Shown in pieces: positions 23,201 to 35,800 of a stretch of DNA of 47,149 nucleotides. Location: assembly GCA_000934665.2 (NCBI GenBank), contig KZ538168.1, positions 62,001 to 109,149 of the forward strand, written 5' to 3'. The position numbers were made by a program, and so were the translations under genes. The stretch comes from Catajapyx aquilonaris. Lineage: Eukaryota. The notes below the pieces were generated by a model. The model was not told the DNA's origin and searched no databases. It saw only the letters and a program-made list of their open reading frames with translations. The first letter of the stretch is position 1. The number at the start of each line of letters is the position of its first letter.

Positions 23201-23590
23201 GGCATAATTTATAATTTACTGCACACATCACCACACACCACGAAGAAAAACGTTAGATCAGTTACATAACTAGGTACACTTTTGTAGTATGCTACAAAAT
23301 TGAAAATATGCTAATTTACATTTTACAATGCAATTCACTCAAATATCACGTCAATGAAGGTGCATATTGCCTGTGATACACAGTAAGCAAAATCTGCTGC
23401 ATAAGTGTGGCTGTTACGCAACTCTCCCTTCCTGACCTTGTGCCATGAGCCTCCTTGTCAGCACGCCTACTGTAGGGACCAGGGTCCTTGAGGCCGCCCC
23501 GGGCCCAACCCGGGGCAGCAGGGGCACGGCCGCCCGCAGCAAAAACCTCGATAAAGTCGCAGCCGACATCGCCCGCATGCACGCAGCCAT
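17252..23590 (-). CDS. PRDX3: Mitochondrial typical 2-Cys peroxiredoxin (Prx3), 253 aa; exons 23590-23437, 20952-20802, 20705-20570, 19129-18895, 17337-17252
   Basis: Arg/Ala/Leu-rich, acid-free transit peptide [27 protein letters not shown]...; peroxidatic FYPLDFTFVCPTE; GGLG; RGLFIID; resolving EVCPANW; C-terminal EYF. Intron phases 1, 2, 0, 1 are all consistent and total CDS is 762 nt. AATAAA on the minus strand at 17223-17228. Confidence 0.95.
19864..20364. mobile_element. piggyBac-like non-autonomous element
   Basis: TTAA-CCCTTTCATTCC ... GGAATGAAAGGG-TTAA. Confidence 0.85.
21908..22091. mobile_element. Small TA-flanked element with terminal inverted repeats and an internal perfect 28-bp hairpin
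   Basis: TA-TCGCCTGACAGGGCGT ... ACGCCCCGTCAGGCAA-TA; hairpin arms at 22017-22044 and 22052-22079 with a 7-nt loop. Confidence 0.65.
22226..22688. mobile_element. hAT (Charlie-like) MITE with perfect 8-bp TSD
   Basis: GTCTAGTG-CAGGGATATTCAACT ... AGTTGAATACCCCTG-GTCTAGTG. Confidence 0.9.
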
Positions 23591-25189
23591 CTTTGATCAA
23601 GTCTAAAGCTCTAAACAAAAGAAAATCGCCGTTGCAGTGTTGCCATAATTACCAGTGTGCAGCGTTGCCCAATCTATTCCCACAAATTACGGTGCCGGTG
23701 TTTTGCATGTGCATGTCATGATGTCCATATGCCCGGCACGATACAGATCTCAAATGTAAGCTCTTTTGTTTATTCTTCGCTCCTCTGGAGGACATGGCAA
23801 CAGTAATGGGTGTAAATCACGCCATATTGATCCCAAATCCAGGAATTGAGGAGGAAAAAAGGGCCCATCAGATTTCTGGGAATCACTGGGAATAAAGGTC
23901 GCACAAATCAGAGACGGGGAATGCGGACGAACCACTTTCTGAATTTCCGTTCCGGGTGTATATCCTTGCGGGCTCCACCGCTAAAAAAGAGAGGTTTTCT
24001 GCATAATTATATCGGGAAGAGGTGGGGCATTATAAGGAGGGCGGGATGGCAAATGGAGTGCTCCGTTACATTTTGCTGGAGAAGCAACGGAACTAGCAAA
24101 CCGCGAATGTTGTATTTTGTATAGCTTCCGAGTCCTTAGAGAAACATTATGTTCATTAATTGCAATACGTGCTCATCTAGTCTATACACACAAGTCATAG
24201 AATCAGCTGTCTATAACGCGATCCGACACAAACTACCTTTTATGAGACATATATAGGTTCTTTATGTTATGATTGAAAGATTGCTTATCATAGGCCTACT
24301 CGCATGTTTTAAATAACAAGATAAAATCTACACTACTCCACATATACGGTATATCAAGTCAAATAGGCCTACTTGAATAAATTTTTGTTTTTACTATTTT
24401 TTCCTCTTCATTTCTATACCCACATGTGCATCTTGTGATAGGCTAGCCATGACTTTATATATAGCATATACTTGTATAATATATATATATATATAATTAT
24501 ATTAGTAGCCTTACCGTAGCAGTTTTTGGCTCCTTCCAACTCAAACAAGGAAATGCAGGATGAGATGAAGCAAAATATCATCAAGCCAACCTGACGGCTA
24601 TCGGTCATTTTACAACACATACCGGTATAGTTGAAATAGTTCTGTACATAGTATGCGAAATTGCCACACCTCACCGTAAATAAAATTATCAGACGTTATC
24701 AGAGCTACGAGCTTTTCGCATGATATATATGAAGCCTGACACTATCTCTATAGATAGCAAAACTAAATCGGCATGCCTGATGACACTCCGCCTCAAAAAA
24801 GTACAGGTCGGTGCACTTCCCAACTGTTCGTACTTGAAATTTTTTTTATTTATTGTTCATTCCAGCTACCAGGTAAAGAGGCCTTTCATAACAGTGCAGG
24901 CTTGCTCTGTAAACAATCCGTAAGTCTTGAACCATGGACCACAGCATGGTCATACGGTTACGCTGTTATATTAATTATTTTATTATACTGTACGTATTAG
25001 GTATGATTATATTGGTTAACCTGCAGGTTAAGGATATACGGTTATATACATGATGTTATATATTAGTTATCATGTTATGTACGCTTGTACTGTTATATTA
25101 ATTGTTATTTTATTACATTAAGGTATTACTATATTAGCTATCCTCATATCCTGTTATGTAGTGTGTCCTGCCCATTTGCCAATAATTTC

Positions 25190-26829
25190 GCAATGCAAGC
25201 GAGCAACAATAGCGGCAGCGACGAACGGATATAGCGCCCTGCAAACCTAACAAACAAAAAAATCAGTGTCTCTCATCGCAACAGGTGAAATCTGGTTGAT
25301 ATTATATGACGACCCACTCTTAGTGGCACGCAGGTGACTCCAAAACGGCTTTCGATTCAGCTGATAGAGCAGAGAGGGGGGGTTGAGCCCCCGATAACAA
25401 CCCCTCACATGAGGGGTGAGAAAAAAGGAGGGACGGTAATACAGGGGGGGGGAAAAAAACTCGTTGCATGTTCAACTGAGCGTGTCTCGTTTGAAGACCC
25501 CGGCCCTCCACTAGAACGGTTAGGCTAATCTGGCAACGCCGCATAAATCTGGCTACCCCGCTGAAGGAGCTAGGGGAGCAGCTCAAGCTGCTGTGGAAAA
25601 AGAGGGTGGAAAAAGGAGAGGCGGGCAACAGGTGGGTGCGGTTCGTCGTGTGAAGGAACGGTGGGTGCGTGTGTGTCTTAAGTGGGTGTGTTACCACGTC
25701 GGCGTCGTGCATGACGCCCATCGACGCGACGGGGGAAACAGAGAGACGGGCGTGGAGGAAAAAAACGGGGATGTCTTTGGCCACAAGGACTCGGGGAGGG
25801 GGGAGCAGGTTAAGGGCCTTTTAAAGGGCGGTGTTGCCCCGATTGTTGTTGTGGGATGTTCTAACAACCGTTTGAGGACTCGTCGGTACACGTGTGCTGG
25901 GAGTGTACCGAGGTACAGTGTGCGGTGGAAGTGGTAATCGGGTCAAGTACGTTGGCCGCCGAAGTCTGTGAAATACGCGGCATCGGACTGGCGTAACATG
26001 CAGTAACAATAGAAAGCTGCGTTCGGACCGCGTTTGATATCAATGGCCGTGTACCGGGTGGCTCAGTTCGGCAGTGAATTACGTCAACGGTCAACCGCAT
26101 GTGTGATTGTACTCAAAACTGGAAGGACGAGTGGTCATTTTTACTTGTCGGATGTGAGCTCACTTTTGAGACACACTGTGGAGGCGCGGCGATCTCAATT
26201 TCTCTCAGGCGTCACGTGGGCGTCACTCGCCTTGGTAGGCAATTGTTGACATTTCACAAGAGTTGACGTGCATTTACACTATAGTAGACGCGGTCGAGAC
26301 GCAGGGTACCCTCGTCTCTCGACCGCGTCTAGCACAGCATATTGCAACGCCGCACTGCTATAAAACTGCTGGCGGGCAAATCCGTTGTTCTGCCAAGTGG
26401 ATGGATCGGGCAACGTCGCCCCCGTACTGAGAAATGAATATTTGAAAGAAATGTGAGTAGCCATCGGAGGTGAAGTGACTGGGTGACCTCACTCCGACGG
26501 CGGGGGAGACCGTCCGGTCCCTATAGTGACGTCAGAGGGCCGGCGTTGCCTAATGGTACTTCCGGGGCTGAGTCAGACTGACATTCCCGAGGCGCGTCCC
26601 TCCAATCTCAGGGCACAAGGGGGTAGGGGAGAGGGGACTCCGGTCAGGCCACACTTTGCATCCATCGGTGCAGCTAACGAGCCGTTGGCCCCGTTCACGC
26701 GCCAGTTTGATTCACGCTATTTCTTGCCTGCAGGGGGCAGCTAGAGAACAGGAGGCAGCTATTTTTTCAACCCAGAGGAAGGCAGCTACCAGGGAGGGAC
26801 AGGTGTGTGTCTCCAGGCTGGTTGTGAGG
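25190..26829 (+). promoter_or_regulatory. CpG-rich upstream/5' leader region of the cadherin, with Snail-family E-boxes and a leader intron (26453-26733)
   Basis: Visibly CpG-rich. CAGGTG occurs at 25282, 25331, 25629 and 26800. Donor AT|gtgagt at 26453 and acceptor ttcttgcctgcag at 26733. Confidence 0.5.
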
Positions 26830-29800
26830 ATGGGGGGGAGTTGGAGGAGGTGGTGGATCAACCTCGTGGTCCTAGGAGTCTTCACCTGCTCAGCCATTGC
26901 CACAGGTAGGATGCTGCTTCTGCTGTTTTTATTAGACTTCAAATGGATTTGGGTGGAAGGATCCAAATTCAGCATGGGCAGGTGGTGGTGGTGGGCTCAC
27001 AAGGCAGGCCTGCATCACCTAATATGGGATATTGTTACACTTTTTTTCCCCCCTCTCTAGCCTTATATGGATGATGTTAAAAGTGCATTGTACAGAGTGA
27101 GTCACAAAGTGTTGCTCAATCCCTTGCAATTTTTATGAGCACATCAGTTGTTAGGAGGTATGGGTAGCATGTTACACAGCCTGCTGCATTTCAACATGGA
27201 AAGAAGTGAGGCTGTGAATTGCAAGGACTTATGAGGTACACTGTACGTACTCCCCATTATCCGGGTGCGGATTATATGTGTGTCTNNNNNNNNNNNNNNN
27301 NNNNAAAAAAAAAAGTCAAAAAAATGTCAATATGTGTTGCAAACAAAGACATATCTCGGACTTTTCCCAGAATACAAACTAACAATCTATGCAAAGTTTC
27401 ATTATTGTGATTAAAACCCATGCAAACATTAGCATGGATAATCGGGAGTACAGTGTAATTAAATTTTTGGGTATGAACACAGATTAGGGAATATATCTCT
27501 GACTCTGTGTTGTGCATACTGTTTGTTTTCATGCAACTAGCTCAAAGTAAGACATGCAATCACAAGAGTAGGTCCTTGCCATTGCATATTGTACAGTGTT
27601 GCACATAGCAACATATGGTCCAACAGTTATTGGTACTGTATGACCCAGTAGTTACCTAGTTGATCGAGAAACATGAAACTTGAAAGTTGCTGTCACTGCC
27701 ACCTGCGATGGACTGCAGTGAAATTGGCTTGGAAGTTGTTCTTGTGCAGTGTTACTGCCAAAGGTTAGGGACAAGCCATATTTGAGAGTAGGTTGGTGGG
27801 TTGTGAGCCACACCCATGTGCTGCATTTACAAGTGCTGCTTGGCCCAACCTTGACCAGACTTGGAGGAGGGAAGGGAAAAAAAGGAGGGAGAGACAGCAG
27901 TAGGGGTTCAAGTCCCCCCAGCTGATAATAATTGCCTTGCTATTTCTAGCTTTGGGCAGGAACCTAGAGGAACCCCAACATTTTCAGGTCTGTCATGTGA
28001 CTAGTTTGTCAATGTTTACATGTGCTATCATGTTTCCCATGAAGCCAGTGTTCCCCAGTTTTAAATATTTCCCTAAGCATGACTGGTTGGAAAGAAATGC
28101 TTGGGTATGCTCTGCATGGACAAAAGTAATACTGTTTGAAACTAAACAGAATTTACTGTAATGTGAAATTAATATCACAAGTTTATGATTTTATGGTGTT
28201 TATTGTTTTATTGTGTTAGTTTAAAAGCGTAGCTTTTTAGAGAGTCTGTGGAATAATAATTGTTATTGTTAATCATTAAGCCTTTTTAAAATCCACTCAT
28301 TGCTGCTTTTGGATTGCTGACTCAGTGCAGGTTATGACATATGCCAGTTGCGGTTAGGAGAGAGCAAGGAGAAGTAGGAGAACAAATGATTAGATCAGAA
28401 TTCCAGAAGTGATATAGTCCTACTAGAAAAGATAGCTCAGATATTCCAGGAAAACATTCCAGAGTGATAACAGAGTGACTCACTGTAATTAGCACCTATG
28501 ATTCACTTCCATAATTGACTTGTGGTTTAAAACCATTACAGATGGCGGAGTCTACCCATATAACCCACACTGGTCACAGCGTGTCAAGCGCTTGGCCCCA
28601 AGATTATTGGACCCATACTCAATATCTTCAGGGTCCGACATCCAGCCTGACTTTGCTGGCCAATATGAACTCAACAAGCCCAGCTTTCCCAACTGTACCC
28701 ACTATGCCCCAGAAATTCCTGAGGAACAACCACTGGGAACATATGTCATCCAAGTGCACGCAGTGGACAGCACTGGTCCCCATCGGCCTGGAAGGTTCAC
28801 TTACTCAGTTGCCGTCCCACCTGACCAGGACAGGAAGGCTGAGTTCAGCGTTGATCCAAAGACTGGAGTGGTCACCACTGCTAAGGTAAGGATTTATTAA
28901 CCCTGTAATGCCCCTTGGGTCATATCTGGCACACCATTTAGTGCAATTTGGCACTTACAGGAAATATAAAAATGGCAAAAGTTGCAAAAATTGCACTAAA
29001 TGGTGTGCCAGATATGACCCAGTGGGCATTACTTAGATTAGTGGGCATTACAGGGTTAACTGTTGTATGCAACTAGTTGGTAAGTGCTGAGTCAAGAAAA
29101 AGGTATTCACTATGCATGGGGAACTGTCCCCTATAAGTACCATAGTACAGACTGAATGGGACCAACAGTGTGGGCCAGTCAGGAATGGATATTTCAATCT
29201 TAATGAATTACTCGTCTTTAACCACAGTTGGTTGCTCAACATGACAACTGGACATGCACCTATTTTTCTGAACATGTTTCCCATAAGCAATGGTTGAAAA
29301 TAACCCAAGTACCTTGTAATAATAGTGGTTATCTTTGCAGGTGTTCGATCGAGATGAGCCACACTGGGAGAAGAAGAAGTGGGTGACAATTCGTGCAGTG
29401 GATGATAGTCAACAACAGCAACAGTTAGCTGCTGTGTGCACATTTCCTGTAGTGATAACCGACATTAACGACAATCACCCCATATTTGACAGAACGGTAT
29501 GTTGAATAAGGCTTGCTATCTTCGTAAAATGATGTTATATTAATATATGTGCTTTTTATTACAGCTATATGTTGAAAGTGTACCTCAAGACACTCCTGTG
29601 AGTCAGCTTGTCATGCGCATATCAGCCACTGACTATGATGATGGAAACAATGGGACTATACAGTATTCATTGGAGGTCACTTCAAGCCCAGATGCCCTGG
29701 ACTACTTCAGAGTGAACAAAGATACTGGTGAAGTTACACTTATCAAAACCATCAGTCAACCTCCAGGATTCTCTTTCTACATGTTGGGAGTGGCAACTGA

Positions 29801-32800
29801 CAAGGGTGTGCCACCACTTTCGTCGAATGTCAGTGTTGTATTTCATGTGACAGAGAGGAATGAGAAACCACCAGAGTTCACATCAAATCCTCCTGAGCCA
29901 TTGTACATACAAGAGAATTTTAGTGACTTCTCAGCTGTGCTTCTGAGACTTCCAGCTATGTGAGTCTTGGTTTTCACTTTTTTATAATATTACTACTATG
30001 AAGTTAAGAGACCTGTTGTGTAGTACATTACTATCTATTTACCCTAACATCCAGTATATCTGCATGCAATAATTATAATTTGTGTTCATTACATTACACA
30101 AGAGTGCACGTTAATGATAAGAAAAGTATGAGTTATTTAGAGTTGTGGTTATTTAAAAACCCAGAAATTGCTAAATTTATCCCAGTATGTGAGCAAATTT
30201 ATTAGTTCATCTCATGTCTCTCTTAACTCATAATGAGGCAACTTTATGCCATGTCAACTTCACTTGAGTGGCATCTCAGTTATTGCCGCCTTGTCTGGCA
30301 GCACAAAGCCCATTAGAGCCAATGCCAATCACAGCTTATTACTGTCAATGATCTCCCTCCTCTCTCTCCTTGGGTCTCAACTTCCACTGTTGCCACTTCA
30401 CCGGATTATCAAGTTGCATTTCATAGCATTCTCACTAGAGTAACTTAGTTGGAACTGTTATATCCAATGATAGCATTTTTTGACTGTGATTTTTTAAATA
30501 ACAGAAGGCACTTGAATCTTTACTGAAGTTTTCTTAAACTAATAAAATATTGAGAAGTCACTGGAGTAAAAACCAGTAATAGCATGGAACTGGGTGCACT
30601 GATGTACTAACAATGTCATTATCTTTTGCCTCATACAACAAGGGATTTGAATGTGACTGTACTGCAACAATTTTATTATTTTGGCAGTTCAAACAAGAAA
30701 GATGATCCCCAAGTATTCTTCACTCTTGAAAAGGGGACTACCCTGCAGACCAATCGAGACACAGCCTTCACCATGGAATCAGATGGAAACACTGCTCTTC
30801 TCAAGCTGGGCCACCTCCTGGATTATGAGCGAGTTGTCAACTATACCCTGACTGTTCGTGCCGTCAATAACTATGACCTCGGCACTGACAAGCAGATATG
30901 GGTGGCAGTGGAAGATGTCAATGACAACATTCCTCGTTTTACTGATACATCTCCTGGGTCAGTTCTTGAAGATGAACCTGTTGGAACACTAGTGATGAGA
31001 GTACATGCAGTGGATGATGATGGAACCTATCCAAACAACAAAGTGACATACTATTTAGATCCGCAAGAGATGGATTTTTCAATTGATGAGTACACTGGAG
31101 ATGTTAAGACCCTCCGGAGGTTTGACAGGGAGGAGGGTGATGTGGCTTTCAAGCTTGTAGTCGAGGCCAGAGACGGAGCTCCATCTTCCCTCAGAAGTGA
31201 CGGACTGCCCAATGAACGAAAGCAGGATTTTCGGATTGTCATCTTAGATCGAAATGACAATCCGCCAAGGTTCACCAAGGATGTGTACACAGCATCAGTT
31301 TATGAAAATGCAGACAACAACACCAAGGTGATTGAAGTGGTTGCCAAGGATCCAGATCATGGTGAGTTATGCATGACATTCAAAACTTACTTGCACTGGG
31401 TTGCACATGAGTGACACATTACATTGAATGCTTCATTAAATAGAGATCCTTATTGAATTATTGTTGAGATGCATTCACAAATAGGAAATATGCAAATCTA
31501 TCACAATGATTGCCTGCTTTTAAAAAATGTGCTAGAGGTGATTGAAGAGAGGACATCAGAATATAATGCTACAATATGTAGGGGGTGTTCCAACATAAAT
31601 AAATATAGGTTAGCAATTTTTTTGATTATTTTTAAGCAGCTACTTTTGCTTAGTTTGAGTGGTTATCTAAAGTATTAGCTGCTAATATTAGGTTGATGGA
31701 CCCATGCTCTTTAAAGCGTTCGAGACTGTCTGGCCTGTAATCAAATAGTTCTGTCATTCACGTTCAATGCCAATGGTTTCAACAAGCCATTCTTGATTGG
31801 AAATTCATTGCAATTTTGAGCTTGCCTAGATGATTCAATTCGATTCAATTTGTCCTAATCAGCTGATACTTTTGATAACCACTATCAGTAACTGTTGAAA
31901 AGCAAGCATCTTACAATGGAATGACTGAGTGTGATCGCCTCCGATTTGGTTGAAACTTGCATAAGGGGTCAATCATGTGACTTAAACACAGTGATGAAAG
32001 TCCTAAAGGGAAAGTGCAAGGCCCCAATGCCCCTGTACACGCGGCCAAAATCCGGATGTTTCTGTAGCTCATAGCTCGTAAACAGCTGAAAACAGTAATT
32101 AGGACTTTCGCCACTGTGTTTATGGCACATGATTGACCCCTCGTGGAAGTTTCAGCTGAATCGGAGGTGACCACCCTTGGACATTCCCTTGTTAGTACCC
32201 AAAAAAAAGTTCCTAACCACTGCAGGCATTTCTGTTGGAAGACCCTGTATATCCAAATTGACTTTTTTTTAAACTGGTGATTTGTATTTTCTGGGCAAAA
32301 TTTTTCAATTCCATTAAGTATTATATTGGAAAGGTGTTTTGGGGCCACCAAAATTTGGCATAGTTGTGACAGCCCCGGGTCCGCCCCTAGCTAGCTCATT
32401 CATACCAAGAAAACTAGGTGGGTTCCCTGAGCACTGGTTTATTGGACCTTCCTGGTCCCAAGCTGAGTACAGACTGTAAACTTGCTGGGAGGGAAAGGCT
32501 GGGTCCCACCCGTCACAGGGTGGTCAGGGTCAAACCGTTTCATAGTTGTTGCAGTCAAAAGAGGTAATGTTCATATTGTTGCTGAATGCATGATTGTTTC
32601 ATTACATTCAGTACTAACCATTGCATTAAAAAATAACTTCACTATTCAGTTGACTTCTACGTACAGTACCTCATCATTTTGCGAAAGATGAGATGTTTAT
32701 TGGAGATTCCAAATATTTCGTGATTTTCCCTTCTATTCCAACTTGGTCAGAAATACTGCATGAAGAAAGAATAATTTAAAATTAAGAATACAATAATAAT

Positions 32801-35800
32801 GTACAACAGAATTAGGCAGGCCCAATTGTGTTTTTTGAAAGTGATACAAGTGTGTTATTTTCAGCTTCTGTGGTTACCTACACCATCAAAAACGGCAACA
32901 CAAACAATGCCTTCTGGATAGAATCTACATCCACTCGAGGCATTATCCGTGCCTACAGTGGCCTGGACTATGAAAAGATCAAGAATGTGAGTGAAAATAT
33001 TCACACTGTTATTGTTTGTACTTGCCCAAACTCATAATATATTATTGGTCATCCCTCAAGAAATGGAGTGGTAGGGTAATAAACAGGATGTGATGAAATA
33101 TATCCATTATGATTATCCGGACTTTAGAATGGATAATTATAAATAGTAACAATAGAGCTAGGAGGATGCCTTAAAGTTAATTTAACAGTTAACAACTGAA
33201 ATAAACACGATTATCCCTCGGAGAGTGAATTTCTGTGAGGTCTGGTAAAAATTGCTGTCACTACATTTACTTCTTATGTAGCGAGAAGTAAATTTTAATA
33301 CTGAACCTCAGGGGCCACACAAACCCAAAAACTGTATTGATATTAATTACAAAAAATCTACCACAGAATTTTAAAACATTTATCATGGCTTGCAGATATG
33401 AAATTTTCTGTGCATTTTTGAAATAAGGAATATTTAAAGCCATTTTACAATAATTGAGTTCAAATTTTTATCATACCACATTGTACTGAGTTCTAAATAA
33501 TCAATACTACCACAATTTATTAATAAATAGCACCATTAAATATGGTACAGCAAAGTGTATCAATTTCTGGAAAAATCCACGAGCCATAAATATCTTTTAA
33601 TTCGGTGGTAGATTTTTTTAATTAATTTCAATACAGGTTTTGGGTTTGTGTGGCCCCTGAGGTTCATTATCAACATTTCCATCCTGATAAGTATGAAATA
33701 AACATTATGGCAGCAATTTTTACCAGACCCCTCAGAAATTCACTGTCCAAGGTATAATCGTATTTATTTCAGTTGTTACTTGTCAAATTAACTTCAACTC
33801 TGGTATTCTCCTAGGCTAGCTCAATTGTTACTATTCATAATAAATTATCCATTCTAATCCAGATAATCTTAATGGAATTTTTTTATCACATCTTATTTTA
33901 ACATTTTACATTGTATGTTTATGTAGTTGCATGTATGTGTCCATATCATCGATTTTATCATCACCTCATTAATTACATCTTCTGCGTGGCCTGACCAGTC
34001 ACCAGAAGATCCATGGTACTGGTCATACGAGACTGCTAGGTGTACACTAGTCATTGCTGGCTACCCCATTTCTGGGATTATGCAGTGATGTAATGAATGA
34101 ATGAATGAATGAAAAAATCTTGTTTATAACCCCACCACTCCATGTCTTGCAGGGTGGCTGAATAATTATGAGCTTGGGCAAGTAATAATTAGTATGACAT
34201 CATGCCTTTATGGAATTCTAACTGTCCTTTCAATTTACAGTACACTCTGATAGTTGTAGCTTCAGACACACTCCATTCTGCAAGTGCAACAGTGGAAATA
34301 GACGTCATAAACATCAATGACCAGCCACCTGTCATCAGCACCAACACCAACACCACAACCATTGCTGAGAACTACTTGCCCCCTTACTGCCTCTTCAATC
34401 TGACAGCATATGATCCAGATATTGAGGATCACACCAAGGCAGAGCAGAACATCACCTTTTTCATCAGTGATAAGACAACACTTTTTAGTGTCAACAAGGC
34501 TGGATGTGTTCGACTACTTGAGGTTGGTGCTGTGGCTCTGTTTACTATAAAATGTTGGGGGTCTGTCAGATAAAATTGCTTGTAAGGGACAAGTTCTATG
34601 TGTAATTCTCTTTTCACAGCCCTTAGATCGCGACCCTGGGACAGGAGGCTCTGTCATAGTTCAAGTTATTGTTGGTGCATGGGATGAATGGAACAACCAG
34701 CCCTCCCCACCAGCCTACCAGGAGTTGTATGTTGAGTTAACTGATGTGAATGACAATGCCCCATTCTTGGACATGCATCAACCTGTTGTGTGGAATGAGA
34801 ACCAACTCCCAGGACTCATCACTCAACTTCAGGCCACTGATTATGATTCGTCTGCAGCTCATAATGCAGCTCCGTATAAGTTTGAATTAGCTACAGATGC
34901 ACCGGGTGGAGGCCACTTGGGAAGCCTGTTTACAATCACCAATACAGGACTACTATATGCAAATGTGACGTTTGATCGTGAGAAACAGAAGCAATACTTG
35001 ATTCCCATTCGGATTTCTGATAGTGGGCGTCCAACCCAAAGTGCTGTGAGCACGTTGCTGCTTGTAATTGGTGATGACGATGACAATCCAATGCACCCTG
35101 GAAATTCATCCATATTAGTGTACGCATTCATGGGGAAGTTGCCAGATGGTACTAAACTGGGACGTGTTTTTGTTGAAGACAAAGATGACTGGGATTTGCC
35201 AAACAAGCATTTTAAATGGGCTGGTTCACAGGAGCCCAATTTTGACCTAGATGGCAGTGATGGGATGATTATCTCCAACAAGAACACTCGCCCTGGCACA
35301 TTTGACCTCAGGTTTAAGGTCACTGACAGAGTGAGGCAAGAGAGAGTGGATGCTAATGTGACAGTGACCATAAGGGATGTGACAGAAGAGGCAGTGCGGA
35401 AATCTGGGTCTGTTCGCTTTCGAGGTGTTACCACAGAAGATTTTATTGTTGCAGACAATGGTGTTAGCAAACGTGAAATGCTGGGTGCTATTGTTGCTGA
35501 AGTGGTTGGTGCATCATTGGAAAATGTCGATGTATTCACTGTCCTCGAACCCCCATCAAATGATGACCGTAATGTGACAGCTAACAAGGAAAGATTTGTA
35601 GATGTTCGTTTCTCGGCACATGGCTCTCCAGTATATGATGCTGAACGACTTGATGGGCTGCTGGAATCAAATCAAGACAAACTTGACCAGCTGGGTTTTA
35701 CCATTGATTCAATACACATTGATGAATGCTTACTAGATTCAGAATGCATTGATGGTTGTGCACCATACCTCAACATATCGGATGAACCTGTACTTGTGTC

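Noticed and set aside
23346..23721. Listed ORFs 23346-23618 (-) and 23488-23721 (+)
   Set aside because: Wrong frame or strand. The real exon is 23590-23437, the Prx3 transit peptide, whose phase matches the next exon.
24950..25160. AT-rich degenerate repeat with the 16-bp palindrome TTAACCTGCAGGTTAA
   Set aside because: Low complexity with no repeat-spacer regularity; not a CRISPR array and no supportable function.
25320..26249. Several 60-154-aa ORFs in the GC-rich region upstream of the cadherin
   Set aside because: No recognisable domain or splice-consistent structure; expected by chance in GC-rich promoter DNA.
34859..35587. 242-aa minus-strand ORF
   Set aside because: Antisense to the cadherin terminal exon, with no independent motifs.
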